DNA of 64,000 bases from Haliotis rubra (GCF_003918875.1 NW_025764967.1:248001-312000), one strand, 5' to 3'. Positions 1-13,767 are shown, counted from the stretch's first letter. Translations and numbers: made by a program. The notes: generated by a model from the letters alone, not told the origin.

Positions 1-628
1 TTTCTTGTCTTGTTGGGTTTGGTATTTCTGGAACTGAGGGTTATAATTTGATGAGGAGTTTCGCCAAGTTTGTTTGCGATTTCAGATTTATTTGTTAAGA
101 GAGAGTCACCATCTTTCAGATGGCGAACTCCGGATTTTGACCCTTTGCCCTTAATATTTTGAATCATGTTCCACACCTTGGACATGGGTGTGCGGGAGTT
201 GTTTTTAGACACATATTTCTTCCATGACCGGCGTTTAGTTTGTTTGAAGGTATTTCTTGACCTGGCATTTGTCATTTTAACAGCATTCAGGTTATGCACT
301 GTGGGGTGTTGTCGGAAATATTTCTCCCCTTCTTCCTATTTTTCCTAGCTTGTTTGCAATTTGTATTAAACCATGGTTTGCGTATTTGCGGGTTTGCAGA
401 GGACTTTGGAATAGTTTTGTCTCCAATGGCATTTAGGACGTCTGAAAATAGTTCCATGGGATCAGGAACATTTCTGAAGTTGTCCGGCTTAAGTTTTTCA
501 GAACATAGGGTTTGGAATAAAGGCCAATTGGCCTTAGTAAAATTCCATCTTGTTGATGGTGGTTCATCCGTGGGGTTGACAGGAGCAAGAATTGTGGGGA
601 AGTGGACGCTTCCACAAAGGTCGTCGTG
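1..628 (-). mobile_element. I-clade (I/Nimb-like) LINE, ORF2 segment between endonuclease and RT; runs off window start
   Basis: Minus translation HDDLCGSVHFP...PWFNTNCKQARKNRKK...SWKKYVS...KVWNMIQNIKG; stops/frameshifts; joins in frame to 4037 once the nested LINE is removed. Confidence 0.8.
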
Positions 629-3600
629 AGAGATAAGGTTGATGACATCGATTTCTTGAAATACCTGCGCAGTTTTAACATAATATGTTTATTTGAAACA
701 TTTGTGGAAAGCATGAATTATAATTGGCTTGAAGGTTATGATATATTTTATAGCCCTGCAATCAAGCTATCAGACTATGGCAGACATTCCGGTGGTGTTT
801 GTATATGTATCCACCATGGTCTTAGAAACTTATGCGAACAAATAACAACTGATCTCGATAACTTTCTATGTCTAAAACTTGCTAAGGAATTGTTTTTCTC
901 TAGATAAAGACGTCAACCTGATATGTACTTACATCCCTCCAACAGGATCAACTTACTATAAACATAAGACTTATAACTGTTGTATTGAACAACTAGAACA
1001 ATATCTTTTAGATAACCTTCAAGGCATGACTGAGTGTCATACTCTTATTTGTGGCGACTTCAACGCACGTACAGGTAAAGAAAATAACTTGACTTTGTCT
1101 AATGATGATGATGTGAATAATGTATTTCATGATGTTGATGATGACGACTACCCCTATTGAAGATCGTAATTCCCATGATAATGTTATTAACGGTTTTGGT
1201 AGATTGTTGTTAGACTTATGTTATGCCTTCAAACTGTTCATAGTGAATGGTAGAGTACACGGAGACGAACAAGGCGAATATACATACAATGGCCAGCAGG
1301 GTTCCAGTGTCAACGATTATTTTGTTTGCTCACCTGACTTTTTCCCATTTATACATATGTTAAATGTTGGTGAAAGGGTGGAATCTGATCATTTACCGTT
1401 GGAATTGACTTGCCAATTAGCAGATATGATAAATATGAGTGACGGTTGTACAGATGTCTATTCTAAAGAAAGATATATCTGGAACGAGTATTTTAGTCAA
1501 ACATATTTAGATAATTTGCAGAGTAATATTACTTCTTGTTACGAACATCTCCTGTCAAAACTTGATTGTGATCTGAACGGTGCTTTAGATGATTTTGTCC
1601 ACGTTATACTAGAATCAGCAGAATGTATGAAGAAAACATTTAAGTCAAACAAACAGAGCAGTAAGCCAACAGTAGATAAAGACTGCAGGACTGCTAGACG
1701 AGATGCTCGCAAAGCACTGAGAAGTTTTCGGTTTAGACGCACTGAGAGTAACAGACAATATTTTTGCAAAATGAGAAATAGATACAAAACTTCATGTAGA
1801 ATATATAAAGGTAGGTTGCGTAATCAAAACCTAAGAAGACTTCATGAGTGTGTACATAATCCCGCTAAATTTTGGAAACAAATCCGTTCCTTTAGAAATC
1901 GAACTAATCCTAAAATAAATATTTCCAAACCTGAGTGGTTGATTCATTTTAAGAGAGTGTTCTCAAATGATTCTATTCTTCAGAACGATAACATTGTTTT
2001 TGATGATGATGTTCGTGATCTCAATCTTGATATGGAATATGAAAGTATCGATAAATTGATTTTAGAAACACAAACTTCTGATGATGAAATTAAAAATGCG
2101 ATTACTCATTTAAAGAGTGGTAAGGCAGCTGGACCTGACAACGTTGTGATTGAAATGATAAAATGTTCTCAGGTCGAGTTAATGCCCTTCCTACGGAAAT
2201 GTTTCAATTCTATATTTGACAAAGGTGTATTTCCAGATAACTGGTCTCGTTCAATTATTGTTCCATATTAAATAACAGAATTTCAAATTGGTCAAATATG
2301 AGAAACCTGATTCCCGAATGCCAAGCCGGTTTTAGGAAAGAATATTCAACTGCAGATCATATTTTCACATTATATGCCATAATCCAAAAATGTCTTTCAC
2401 GAAGTAAGCACAAATTATATGTTGCTTTTGTTGATTTCAAGAAAGCTTTTGACTCTGTAGATCGTTCCAAATTGTGGTATTGTTTTAAAAATCTGGTTTA
2501 CAAGGAAAAATGTATAATATTCTAAAGTCAATGTATTCTAACATGAAATCGTGTGTACGTTGTGGTAATGATGTAACCGACTTCTTTGATTGTCCCATAG
2601 GGTTACGACAGGGCTGTATCTTAAGTCCAATGTTGTTTTCTTTCTTTATAAGTGAACTGTATTACGATATTTCAATCTCTGGTAAACACGGCGTTCAAAT
2701 GTTTCCTGATATGCTTGAAATTTTCATCCTACTTTTTGCTGATGATGTGATCTTGGTGTCCGATACTATTATTGGCTTACAAAATCAACTCAATATCTTA
2801 GAACGTTACACAAACGACTGGAAACTCTTTGTTAATTTCGAGAAAACAAATATTGTAATCTTCAGAAGAGGCGGTCCCGTCGCTTCAAAGAGAAATGGTT
2901 TTTCAATGGCAAGTTACTGACTATCGCTAATCACTATACCTACCTTGGTCTTATGTTTTCTCACACGATGAATTTTAAAAAGTGTTCTTTATTTGCAATC
3001 ACGTGCAAAGAAGGCTTTCATAAATGTTATGTCTGTTTCTCAGAATATAGGTGCCTTCACTCCAAACATATTTTTCAAACAATTTGATTCACAAATTCAA
3101 CCGATTATGCTTTATGGGTCAGAAGTTTGGGGGTTTCAGCGTCAAGAATGTCTTGAGAAACTTCATCTCTTAGCTTGTAAAAGATTTCTAAATGTTGGAC
3201 AAGCAACGCCAAATTGTATGGTTTATGGGGAATGTGGGAGATTTCCAGTTTATATAAATTCACAAATCAGATGTTTGAAGTATTGGCTTAAGATTCTGGA
3301 AATGCATGAACAACGAATATCTAAAATAGCTTATAATATGCTTGTTCATCTTGATAGCATGGGCAAGACAACTTGGGCTTCACATATTAGAAATCTTTTA
3401 TTTTCCCATGGCTTTGGATTTGCATGGTTAAATCAGACAGTGGGTAATGTAACTCTGTTTCTTAAACGTTTCCGAGAACAGTCAATTAATATGTTCTATC
3501 AAGAATGGCATTCGACTCTCGAAAATAGTTCAAGGTATGATCTATATAGGTCCTTTAAGAGCCTTATCCAACCAGAAATATATTTATCTGTATTGACATC

Positions 3601-4036
3601 AAGAAATATCAGACGCACATTTGTTCAGCTCCGACTAGGTTTATTAGATTTAAGTATTAATAAAGGTAGAAGATTGTCTATAGACAGAAATATGAGAATT
3701 TGTCCATTATGCACTTCATCTATTGAAGATGAAATTCATTTTATATTTGTAGGTCCATATTATGATGATCTTAGAAGAAAATATATTTCAAGTAATTATC
3801 TATCAAAATATCCAACAATAGCCTTTGTCTCAATACTCACTTCCAGAAATGAAACTGTTATCCGCAACCTTTCTCTATTTGTAAAACATGCTGTTGTCTT
3901 GACAAATGATAGGTTATCTAAGCAATAACCATTATAATTGCCATTGTATTATGTACTGTAATTATGTATATGTATGTAACTCCTTGTATATGGGCCGGAG
4001 GCCTTGAATACAATAAACTTGACTTGACTTGACTTG
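629..4036 (+). mobile_element. 5'-truncated non-LTR retrotransposon (RTE-X-like): APE endonuclease, RT, C-terminal Cys/His motif; frameshifted
   Basis: CLFETF, GDFNAR, ESDHLP (APE); QAGFR, FVDFKKAFDSV, GLRQGCILSP, LFADD (RT); YGECGRFP; CPLC...EIHF; AATAAA 4012-4017 followed by (ACTTG)4 tail. Clade assignment is inference. Confidence 0.88.
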
Positions 4037-4610
4037 GACCGACCATTCAATCTCATTTAAAAGATTAGAATCTGTAAGTGATAGATCGAGAGAAGAGTAT
4101 GTTCCAGTGGCAGGATGGAGGTAGGTGTTTGATCCATCGTTGAAGATGCATACATCATTATTTGAGATAAAATCTTCAAGGACCTTTCCCTTATTAATTG
4201 TATCAGTACTCCCCATTAGGGGGTTATGGCCGTTCAAGTCGCCCATGATAATGCAGGGCTTTGGGAGTTGATCATACAAATTCTGAATATCTGATACGCG
4301 GACAGTTGAGGAGGGAGAAGATAGAGTGAACATAGTGTAAACCCTATGTTCAGAGTCATGCGGACAGCAACAGTTTGTAGGGTGGTGTTAGGTGGAACAG
4401 GGCTATGGAGGATGCCGTGCCTCACCAGGATAGAAGTACCTCCTGTAGCTTTAACTCCAAGAGGAGAAAAGGAGTGGTAGGAACTGTACCAAAACTGTCC
4501 TTTTTAGGTAGGTTTCTTGGAGACAAAACGTAGACGGTTTAAAATCTTGAATCAATAACTGTAGTTCATTAAAATTATTCTTAAGTCCTCTGCAATTCCA
4601 TTGAATCTCC
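4037..4610 (-). mobile_element. I-clade LINE ORF2 endonuclease domain (continuation of 1-628)
   Basis: IQWNCRGL...CLQET, IMGDLNGHNPL, NDGSNTY, SLDLS, EWSV. Confidence 0.85.
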
Positions 4611-4639
4611 ATATCATGAGGTCCAAAGGAGTTGTGGAC

Positions 4640-6130
4640 ATCGAGGGGGACCTCTAAAGGACAGGTGGTCTGGCACGAGATACTTGCAGTAGTGGTATAG
4701 GGACGGGAGACAGCAGCAAAGTAAGAGATGGTTGAAGAGGATACAGTTAAACTCGTAACCCTCTTCTTATCTTCATGAAATGAGATATTTTCTTTGTGTT
4801 TGATCCTTATGGTCTCTCATTCACCTTGCCACACGGGACAAGATTTGAAAGAGGCCATAAGGTTACCACCGCAGTTTGAACACTTCACTTCAATAGTACA
4901 ATCATTGCTCTCATGCTTGTCACCACAGCGGTACCAAACAGTAGAAGAACGACAGGACTTGGATCCATGTCCAAACTTTTGGCAGTTGTAGCACCGGAGT
5001 GGGTTAGGTACATAGACCTCCACACCAATGTTGCAATAACTGGTTCTAATTGATTTGGGAATCTTCGATCGGGCGAACGTAAAGAGGTAGGTGTTTGTCG
5101 GGTGTACCACACCTTCCTTCTTGTTAGTGAATCTCTTCACGGCTGTGACAGACTGCTGGGAGAGTTCCTGGACAATTTGTTCCTCAGTCATGTCAGACTG
5201 GCATCGAGCTCTGTCCCTACAATGCCTCTACACGTGTTCAGTGTTTTGTGTGCTGGGACAACAACCTTTACATTGACAAACTCTTGTAATTTCAGTAGAT
5301 TCAGGGATTGCTGTCTCCGAGCACATTCAACTAATAGAGAGCCGGACCTGAGCTTTGTGACGTTGGCAACCTCTTCGCAGATACCAGCGATACCCTTGGA
5401 GATTGCAAATGGGTTCAATTGCAAAGGTTGCTTGTCACAAGCTTCAATGATTATAAATCGTGGCCAGTAATAGGTCAAATGGGCGTACTCTCGTCAGACG
5501 AGGAATTGTCAGAATCCATATGTCTTCGTTTTGAACCGGGGTGTTGGGAAGCCATGTCGTAAGGAATGTAGTTCAGCACCCCCTCTCTCCACCCACCATG
5601 GAGTGTCAACAGGGAGGATCTTATACTGCAGCGGATCTCCAAGTTGAAATACCGAGGATAAGGGGGTGTTATACTCCAGCGAATTTGACATGAAATGCTG
5701 GACCTGTCTACCAGGATGGTTCGGTCTATGACAATCAATTGGAGACGTACAGAAATCAGAGGGCAGCATCACCAGATTGGCCCATGAGCCACCGCCTTCT
5801 GTGCATGGGTCTGCGCGGCTGATTGGTTTTGGCAGTATATCCGTTATCATTTTGAACATGCCAAAAGTGTTATGTAGTACCAAAGTTTGTATAAACATCC
5901 CATGCACAGGGCAAGGCGTGACCAGCCGATTGGTAGAATCGGGTCTATTCTACCACCCGTCTAGGCAAAGTTAGGGTCGAAGTGGTGTGTTGGCTTAAGG
6001 AACACTATTGCCGGTTCCGTCATCCTCAACCACCAGACTCCCTTCCTCTGCCGTCACAGGGACACAACCCACGGCTAACGGGTCGCCCAATTTGGTCGCC
6101 TCTTACGACCAGCAATGGGGTGCTGTGGAC
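4640..6130 (-). mobile_element. I-clade LINE ORF1 (gag-like, CCHC knuckles) and 5' UTR
   Basis: ATG at 5555 (MASQHPGSKRR), WPRFIII, LRSGSLLVEC, VYVPNPLRCYNCQKFGHGSKSC, CSNCGG; frameshifted. Confidence 0.85.
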
Positions 6131-6235
6131 CCATTTGGCCCCGGGTCCACACGAGGGCGAAGAGTCATTAGCGTTACCCAGAACCCACCACGAGGAGGTT
6201 GCCCTTCAGGGGTGCCGTTGGGATTACCATCCATG

Positions 6236-6905
6236 GCAGACACGATAAGAAATCTTCACCAATTCTCAGGATTCATGTGAGGTGTTGAAGGATCTTCATC
6301 CTCAGAAGAGGATGAATCTTCAAATTCATGCGGACGCTGTTTGTAAGGGGGCGCCATAATTGTAATAGGTATGTTTCATCAACCCATCCACCCACCATGA
6401 AGTGTCAACCAAGACGATGCCCTACATCTGTGGATCTCAGACAGATGGCACAGGTTACCAGGAGGGTAGACACATATCTTGAAAAAATGGATCCCAACAG
6501 ATTGGTCCATGAGCCATCGTCTCCTGGGCATTAAGACTATAGACAAAGTAACTAATTTAGTTTGAACAATTTGCAATATTGTACTTTTGAAAACAATTGA
6601 TGCAAAGACAGTAAATCAAGTATTCAAAAATATAAACTAACGGGAAGAGCACTTTGCACGTATCGCGCGTGACAAGTGCAGCTTTGATAGATGTCGGTAT
6701 TTTTGAGAGGACAAAGGTAAACAGATAGGTGTTAGTATTCACTATTCTATCATTATCTTTTCTGGTGAAACGTTTAACGGATGTCACCTCTTGAGATTTG
6801 AGTTCTTTTGCAATCTCCTCTTCTGACGTGTCAGACAAACATTTCGAATGAACTCGAACAATGCCTCGACACGAATTTACTGATTTGTGCGCTGATACAA
6901 CAATC
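6236..6905 (-). mobile_element. Fragments of a second, related I-clade LINE (5' UTR, ORF1 start and ORF1 middle)
   Basis: 6380-6530 resembles 5585-5800; 6680-6900 reads HKSVNSCRGIV...VKRFTRK...TNTYLFTF. Confidence 0.7.
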
Positions 6906-7754
6906 TCAGTATCGTTTGACCCCTGTCCCGCTTGTGGACTCGTGACGTCATTGTGATTGACTTTTCAGTTGAAATTCCCCCGACTTGTTATGGTCTCATG
7001 ATCCCTCCATTACAGTTTATATGTACCTTTGACATTGTTATCGTACTTATCAACTGGGATAATATTTTGACAATGCACAGTTTATTTATGTGCCTAGTAT
7101 ATATGTGCAAAGCTTTTTTTCCTGCATTTTCCCAAGTGATGCCACTTAGAGGTCAGCCAGTAATCAATATCACAGTAGATCATCAACCTCTCACTCAATC
7201 CAAACAGCCTTTAGCTCCGCAGTCGTTAAACATCATTTTTAGATCATTGAAGAATTTAAGGTTTTCCAACCCATCTGAACAGAATACAACCCCATATCCC
7301 TACTTTTTGTTCACTATTTATGAGTGCATTATTACTTACACAAAGAATACCATAAAGGCTTTACCTCTTACTGTTCTACTTCTTGTACTTTACGTATTCA
7401 ATTCCATATATCAATTCTCTTTACTGGCCATTGTCTTGTGTACTGTACTGGGAGTGTATACGTATTTATGTCCATACACATGACACCACAAAACGTCACA
7501 GGTTCAACTAGAAATGCACATAACTTTGTATGCCCCAGAAAAAAAACGTATTACTGTTAAATTCTGATAGGACTCTACTGGCAGGGTCGCGCTGACCCGT
7601 GCGAGAGGTCGTTTGTGAAGGACAAGTTTGCGTGCTGAGTCGTCACGTTTTAAGATTCTCGGGGTAAGGTGATAATTAATGACCCGAACTTTGCATTTAT
7701 TCAAAGGAATCTGGTGCACAGCACTGAACAAAAGCTAGCTGGGTCGCATTGATC

Positions 7755-8135
7755 TATATCTGCCTACCTGTAGTCCGTGTCTTAAATTATCCAAGGACAT
7801 GTAGTACCTGTCACAAAGTATCTGCCGACCTGTTGTAACTAGCTTAACGTATCTGCCTACCTGTAGTACATGGTTTAAGGTATCTGCCGACCTGTAGTAC
7901 ATGGTTTAAGGTATCTGCCTACCTGTAGTACCATTACAAAGTATCTAAGGACCTGTAGCATGTCAGAATGAATCTGCAAAACCGTTAAGACGTGTGTTAA
8001 ATGTATTTGCCCACCTGTAGTACATATCTGGAATGGTATTCGTAAAAACACGTACAATGTATTTGCCTTCCTGTAGGACGTGTCTTTATTGTATCACCTG
8101 ACCTACAGTTCCCGTCTTGACAGTATCTGCGCACC
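7755..8135. repeat. Degenerate 31-bp minisatellite (gtatctgcctacctgtagtacatggtttaag)
   Basis: Unit starts at 7818, 7849, 7880, 7911; one more unit resumes after 8521. Confidence 0.8.
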
Positions 8136-8136
8136 A

Positions 8137-8520
8137 GTAATAAATAGAGGATATTATATGAGTGACCATGTCATACTATGTTTACGACACGAGTGCCTAA
8201 ATGTTGGTATTTCCCAAAAGAGAGCGAGGGATATACCGATATTTATGCACGAGTGTCGTAAACATAGTATGATATTGGCACGAATATAATATTCTGTTTA
8301 TTACCGAAGACGTCAAATTGAGGAAAATAAACCCGAATCTACTTTCAAACACAGGCTGGCTACCCGCCGTCGCCGCATGTAGGACGCAACGTAATAGAGG
8401 AAACATGACATCATGGCATTGTTCATGACGTCATGTCACTAGGACAAAGTGATATTTTGCCCTTGGGCATGGTATGAAAAATATGAACCCCGATATTGTC
8501 ACCCTCGTAGGTAATAAATA
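8137..8520. mobile_element. Non-autonomous element with internal hairpin, bounded by a 10-bp direct repeat
   Basis: GTAATAAATA at 8137-8146 and 8511-8520; inverted arms catactatgtttacgacac / gtgtcgtaaacatagtatg (~8172-8271); interrupts the 31-bp minisatellite. Confidence 0.6.
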
Positions 8521-9001
8521 TTTATCTGCCGACCTGTCCGCTCGCTGCCTGTATGACTGCTTATATAGAGGGTTTCAGTTTGAACAACTTTTAATAAATC
8601 CACTTGCTCTTCTTATGTTATTAAAATATTTTTCAAAGCAAAACATAATATGGTGATACATATTTAGTTCCATATAGACAAATGTTGTACAATGTATCAC
8701 ACGAAGCTCATGACACTCGCACACTGAGGTTACGCTCTGTTTATCGAGCTTGCAGTTTAATGTAGGTAAGTGAATCCAAAATACAAACCATCAAAATGTC
8801 AAAATATTGACAAGTTAAGACGCGCTTAGAGCGTTGGAGGTTGATAACAATCCATGAAGAGTTTCCTCCCCTAACTGATCCAGGTTGGCTCAGCAGAGGT
8901 AGTGTGCACTTGCCCCTGTGTCGTTGTTTCAAAATTATTTCCAGATCAGTTGAGGTCACGAGCGTCAGAAAAGCACTGTCCTGTATGTTTAAAGATACAT
9001 G

Positions 9002-11307
9002 TATCTGAAGCGTAGTAGGGCCACGGTGAAAAACATTTTTGGGGTCACTTTCTCCTACGTAGGACTTAATATCTAATACGTAGGACTTAGTATCTCCTAC
9101 GTAGGACTTACTATCTCCTACGTAGGACTTATTATCTCCTACGTAGGACTTAGCATCTCCTACGTAGGACTTACTATCTCCTACGTAGGGCATACTTTCT
9201 CCTACGTAGTACTTAATATTTCCTTTTTAAGGATGGTTATTAAGTTGAGAAATGTTTGGCTATGCAGGACGTTAGATAGTCGAAATGTGAGTCAGTGAAT
9301 ATTCATGACACTAACGCAGTGTTACTATACACTGTTATTGTGTGTGTATTACGTTAGGGTGACGTGGACCCTGCTCTAATTGCAGTTATGGAGGTTTGGG
9401 TATGGTTATGTTTAATCTAGCATACNNNNNNNNNNNNNNNNNNNNNNNNNNNNNNNNNNNNNNNNNNNNNNNNNNNNNNNNNNNNNNNNNNNNNNNNNNN
9501 NNNNNNNNNNNNNNNNNNNNNNNNNNNNNNNNNNNNNNNNNNNNNNNNNNNNNNNNNNNNNNNNNNNNNNNNNNNNNNNNNNNNNNNNNNNNNNNNNNNN
9601 NNNNNNNNNNNNNNNNNNNNNNNNNNNNNNNNNNNNNNNNNNNNNNNNNNNNNNNNNNNNNNNNNNNNNNNNNNNNNNNNNNNNNNNNNNNNNNNNNNNN
9701 NNNNNNNNNNNNNNNNNNNNNNNNNNNNNNNNNNNNNNNNNNNNGTTGGGGTGAGGTTGTGATATGAAACTCGGGTTATAACACGACCTCCGCAAGTTGT
9801 TGCTTGTCTTGATGGGGCTAGGTTGGATCGGATGCAACGCTCGTTTGCGGTTTTATTCGTCATTGTTTACAGGTTGACTTGAGTGGGGTGGACAAGTGTT
9901 GAGTGCGGCGTAAAACAATACGAAATTCAAAAAGGCAAAGAATTGTCATTATAGTTATTTGTATAAATATAAGGGGATACGTACACATATATTGCCACCG
10001 ATAGTCTAAGACACGTGTGTACACGCAGATTATGATTCATGTGCAACGACCTCTGAAATATCCAATGCATAATAGTAAAGTGTAACAAAGTGCAACATAT
10101 AACAGTGAACTAACTGCAACGCGTAATAGTAGAGCAAACTGAACGCAAGGCAGAAAAGTATAACAGTCGGTCCAACACAGTACTAACGTGCAACAATTAG
10201 TTGAACACATGACTCTAATAGTGAAGGAAAGAGTAGACTCTAATAGTAAATTGAAACACATAACTGTGGACTCTAATAGTGAATGAAACGAAATGACTGT
10301 AGACTCTTACAGTGACTGAAACAGTGTAACAGGAGATTGTGTGCGTGTCTGGGGCTTTAAGTCGACCGTTTCAGATTAATCAATATAAACGTATATCGAT
10401 CATCTCCTACAGGAAATATTAAGTACTACGTAGGAGATACTAAGTCCTACGTAGGAGATATCCACTTATGAGATACTAACTCGTACGTAGGAGATACTAA
10501 GTGTTACGTGGGAGATAGTAAGTCCTACGTAGGAGATACTAAGTCCTACGTAGGAGATACTAAGTCTTACGTAGGGGATACTATGTCCTACGTAGGAGAT
10601 ACTAAGTCCTACGTAGAAGATACTAAGTCCTACGTAGGAGATACTATGTCCTACGTAGGAGATACTTAGTCCTACGGAGATACTATGTCCTACGTAGGAG
10701 ATACTTAGTCCTACGTAGGAGATACCCACTTAGGAGATACTAACTCCTACGTAGGAGATACTAACTCCTACGTAGGAGATAGTTAGTCCTACGTATGAGA
10801 TACTAAGTCCTAAGTAGGAGATACTATGTCCTACGTAGGAGATACTTAGTCCTACGTAGGAGATACCCACTTAGGAGATACTAACTCCTACGTAGGAGAT
10901 ACTAAGTCCTACGTAGGAGATACTATGTCCTACGTAGGAGATACTAAGTCCTACGTAGGAGATACCCACTTAGGAGATACTAACTCCTACGTAGGAGATA
11001 CTTAGTCCTACGTAGGAGATACTAAGTCCTACGTAGGAGATACTAAGTCCTACGTAGGAGATATTAAGTCCTACGTAGGAGATAGTAAGACCCAAAAAAA
11101 ATTTCACCTTGGCCCTACTACGCTTCCGTAGGATAGTTAGTCCTACGTAGGAGATACTAAGTCCTACGTAGGAGATATTAAGTCCTACGTAGGAGATATT
11201 AAGTCCTACGTAGGAGATACTAAGTCCTACGTAGGAGATATTAAGTCCTACGTAGGAGATAGTAAGACCCAAAAAAAATTTCACCTTGGCCCTACTACGC
11301 TTCCGTA
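9002..11307. mobile_element. Foldback-like non-autonomous DNA transposon with 21-bp minisatellite arms (IS3EU-like TACGG termini)
   Basis: Left gaagcgtagtagggcca..gtgaaa (9007-9030) is the reverse complement of right tttcac..tggccctactacgcttccgta (ends 11130 and again 11307); arms of ctacgtaggagatactaagtc in opposite orientation at 9050-9215 and 10405-11265. Confidence 0.7.
9426..9743. other. Assembly gap (N run)
   Basis: 318 consecutive N. Confidence 1.
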
Positions 11308-11660
11308 GGATAGTGCATTTCTGACATTCGTGAATTTAATTTAGCTGAAAAAATTCAAGCATTGACACAACGGCATGTGGTATGTTGTGGAGTTCGAGTT
11401 GGGGTGTTTGTCAAGCCAGACAGATCCAGGGAGACAACTCGTTAAAGCGTTTTGTCAGAACAGATTACTGTTGTCAAGTTAGTCAAAATCGGGGATATTT
11501 CAAATACTAATGCCAAACACACACATGTCCCACAGGTAGGTAAAATTTTACTTTCCCGTTAAGAAATTAGCTTTACAGGGTGCAGTAACGGCCATAAGGG
11601 GTTCCCTGCGAACGTATACTTACCGCGGCAAGAGATAATAGATAATTAAGAAACTCTTAA

Positions 11661-13767
11661 AGGGCCACTGATCCAGAGCGATTGTTTCTCGCCAACAGTC
11701 CAATTACGAAATCTAGCTGCAAATTGGTCAGCCCCTGCTCCCTCGACCGGGGACTGGGCTATTGTCCACCTTGGCAGAATTTCTTCAACCTAATCAGTGG
11801 GACATTAGGAAGGGTTGATGTCTTGTCTGATTGTAATAAGTATCCCAGCAGTGTAGGCTTTTACAGATTTTCAAATGTTTGGATGGTATAGTGACTGATC
11901 TAATTTGATCCTATTTCTGTGTTTTTTACCTAAATATTTAATCATGTAAAAATATGATGTCTATTACGTATGCTATGATATCAAAAACACACATTTGATA
12001 TATTTGAATCCATAGACTAAACGACCCCACTAATTACACATCAAACATCAACATATATATTTCTTATGTAACAATGAAGTTCCGTTCGTATCCTCAAAAC
12101 AGTGTTGGCCCATAAGTGTTTTCTTTCAGGCAATCAAACTTGCATGCAATACAACTACTCTCTTGCTGTAACCCTTTTTTGGTGGTAAACCTACACATGT
12201 TATTTCTCATCATTCACTTGATGGTCAGTTAATGAATTTATAACAGGTATAATTAGTGATAACACCACTCAGATTACCAGACAAAGGTTCTCATTTGGCA
12301 TTTCTTGTGTCTGGAGTAAATACTCATCATTATAAATTGAGGTCTGACGTGGCAAATGTATTACATCATATGTAATATACGCATGGAAGTGCAGTAAGAG
12401 GAATTATCAGCTGAGTTACAAAACAAACATTGATCAAACGATTAACCCCGATAACAGGCTGATTGATTTATTGCTTTTATCCTGCACAGCGGATTTGTCA
12501 AAAGGTAGTGTTTATGTATGTAGATTTACTAATCTTTACTGAATATACCCTGTCGTAAAGTGCCTGTGTAAAAGCAACGCCCTTCCTTCAAAGAATTAAC
12601 CGCCAATACACTGACTGATTGCTCATTATTGGCTAACTAAATTACTTTGTAAAGAATGGCGGACATCATGCAATTAGTTGCCAGGTGTGCTATCTTGGGT
12701 GACCAATGGGACTATACACCAATGTGAAAAACCTGAAACATACTTTTTCGCATATTAGACTGTTGAAAGACACATGACATGGAACAGGATACTTTGTCAG
12801 CTGCAGATGAATGGCATATCATTCCTTTATGTGGATATTGATGGATACATTCCCCGAACAAGGTAATAGCCTGATATTGTTGCTATAGCTATAGTCTGTT
12901 TTAATTTCAATATTTGCATTTTGTTTTTATTTATTGTTGTGGCATTCAACAGAATCATTATTTTCGCCGTGACGTGTAATGAGACAGACAACATACACTA
13001 GGTCGCACTCAGGGCGTGTGTGTGAAATATGATACACGTTGGCAATCTATAAAATGTATATATATTACAATCATGTTATAAATTTACTAAGTATAAGCAG
13101 ATCGTGTGCATTTTATTAAGTTTCAAAGTGCATACAAATGTGATAGTAAACTAATTAGGATTATAACACCAAATATAAAGACGTACATTGACTTCGTTAT
13201 TTCAGTCCTAACACGTTTTACCACTGGTAGATGGTTAAACTTAAAATGTTTTCATTTGTTATGAAAATAATGCCATTTAATACAACATTCAGATTGACTA
13301 GTAGTGAACCCAAGCTCACTATATCATCCCATGTACTTAGTTAGCCTTACTTTCAAAACAATGCTGTTATATCAGGCTTCACACCAAATTCAAGATCAAA
13401 CTATTTCTTGAATAAAATTCTACATCCATTTACGTTAACATTTTTATATAAAGTCAACATTACTATGACATCAACATTTTACATCAAAATCAGCATTTGT
13501 ATCAAAGTGAATATTTTTTTATAAGAAACCAAATTATTCATCAAAGTCTACATAAATTTACATCAACCTCAACATAAGATTATCGAGTAAAAACATTGTA
13601 TCTTTGTTGATCAGTCTATACTTATACTATCAATTGCGCATGAGGGTGGCGCAGCAGAGGTAACGAACCAGTCATGAGTTCTGGGATATCATCCGGGTAC
13701 TCACTGGAGAAAAACAATAACAAAAGCAACAACCAGCCCACGGAAATTGCTCTGGATCAGTGGCCCT
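11661..13767. mobile_element. Non-autonomous Kolobok-type DNA transposon
   Basis: TTAA on both sides (11657-11660, 13768-13771); TIR AGGGCCACTGATCCAGAGC (19 bp perfect); RR..YY termini rather than piggyBac CC..GG; no long ORF. Confidence 0.8.

Noticed and set aside
6932-7483. 183-aa hydrophobic ORF
   Set aside because: AT-rich, no motif, non-ATG start; likely chance
8741-11284. ORFs with (SYVGLSI)n or (KSYVGD)n repeats, and X-filled ORFs
   Set aside because: Translations of the 21-bp minisatellite and the N gap
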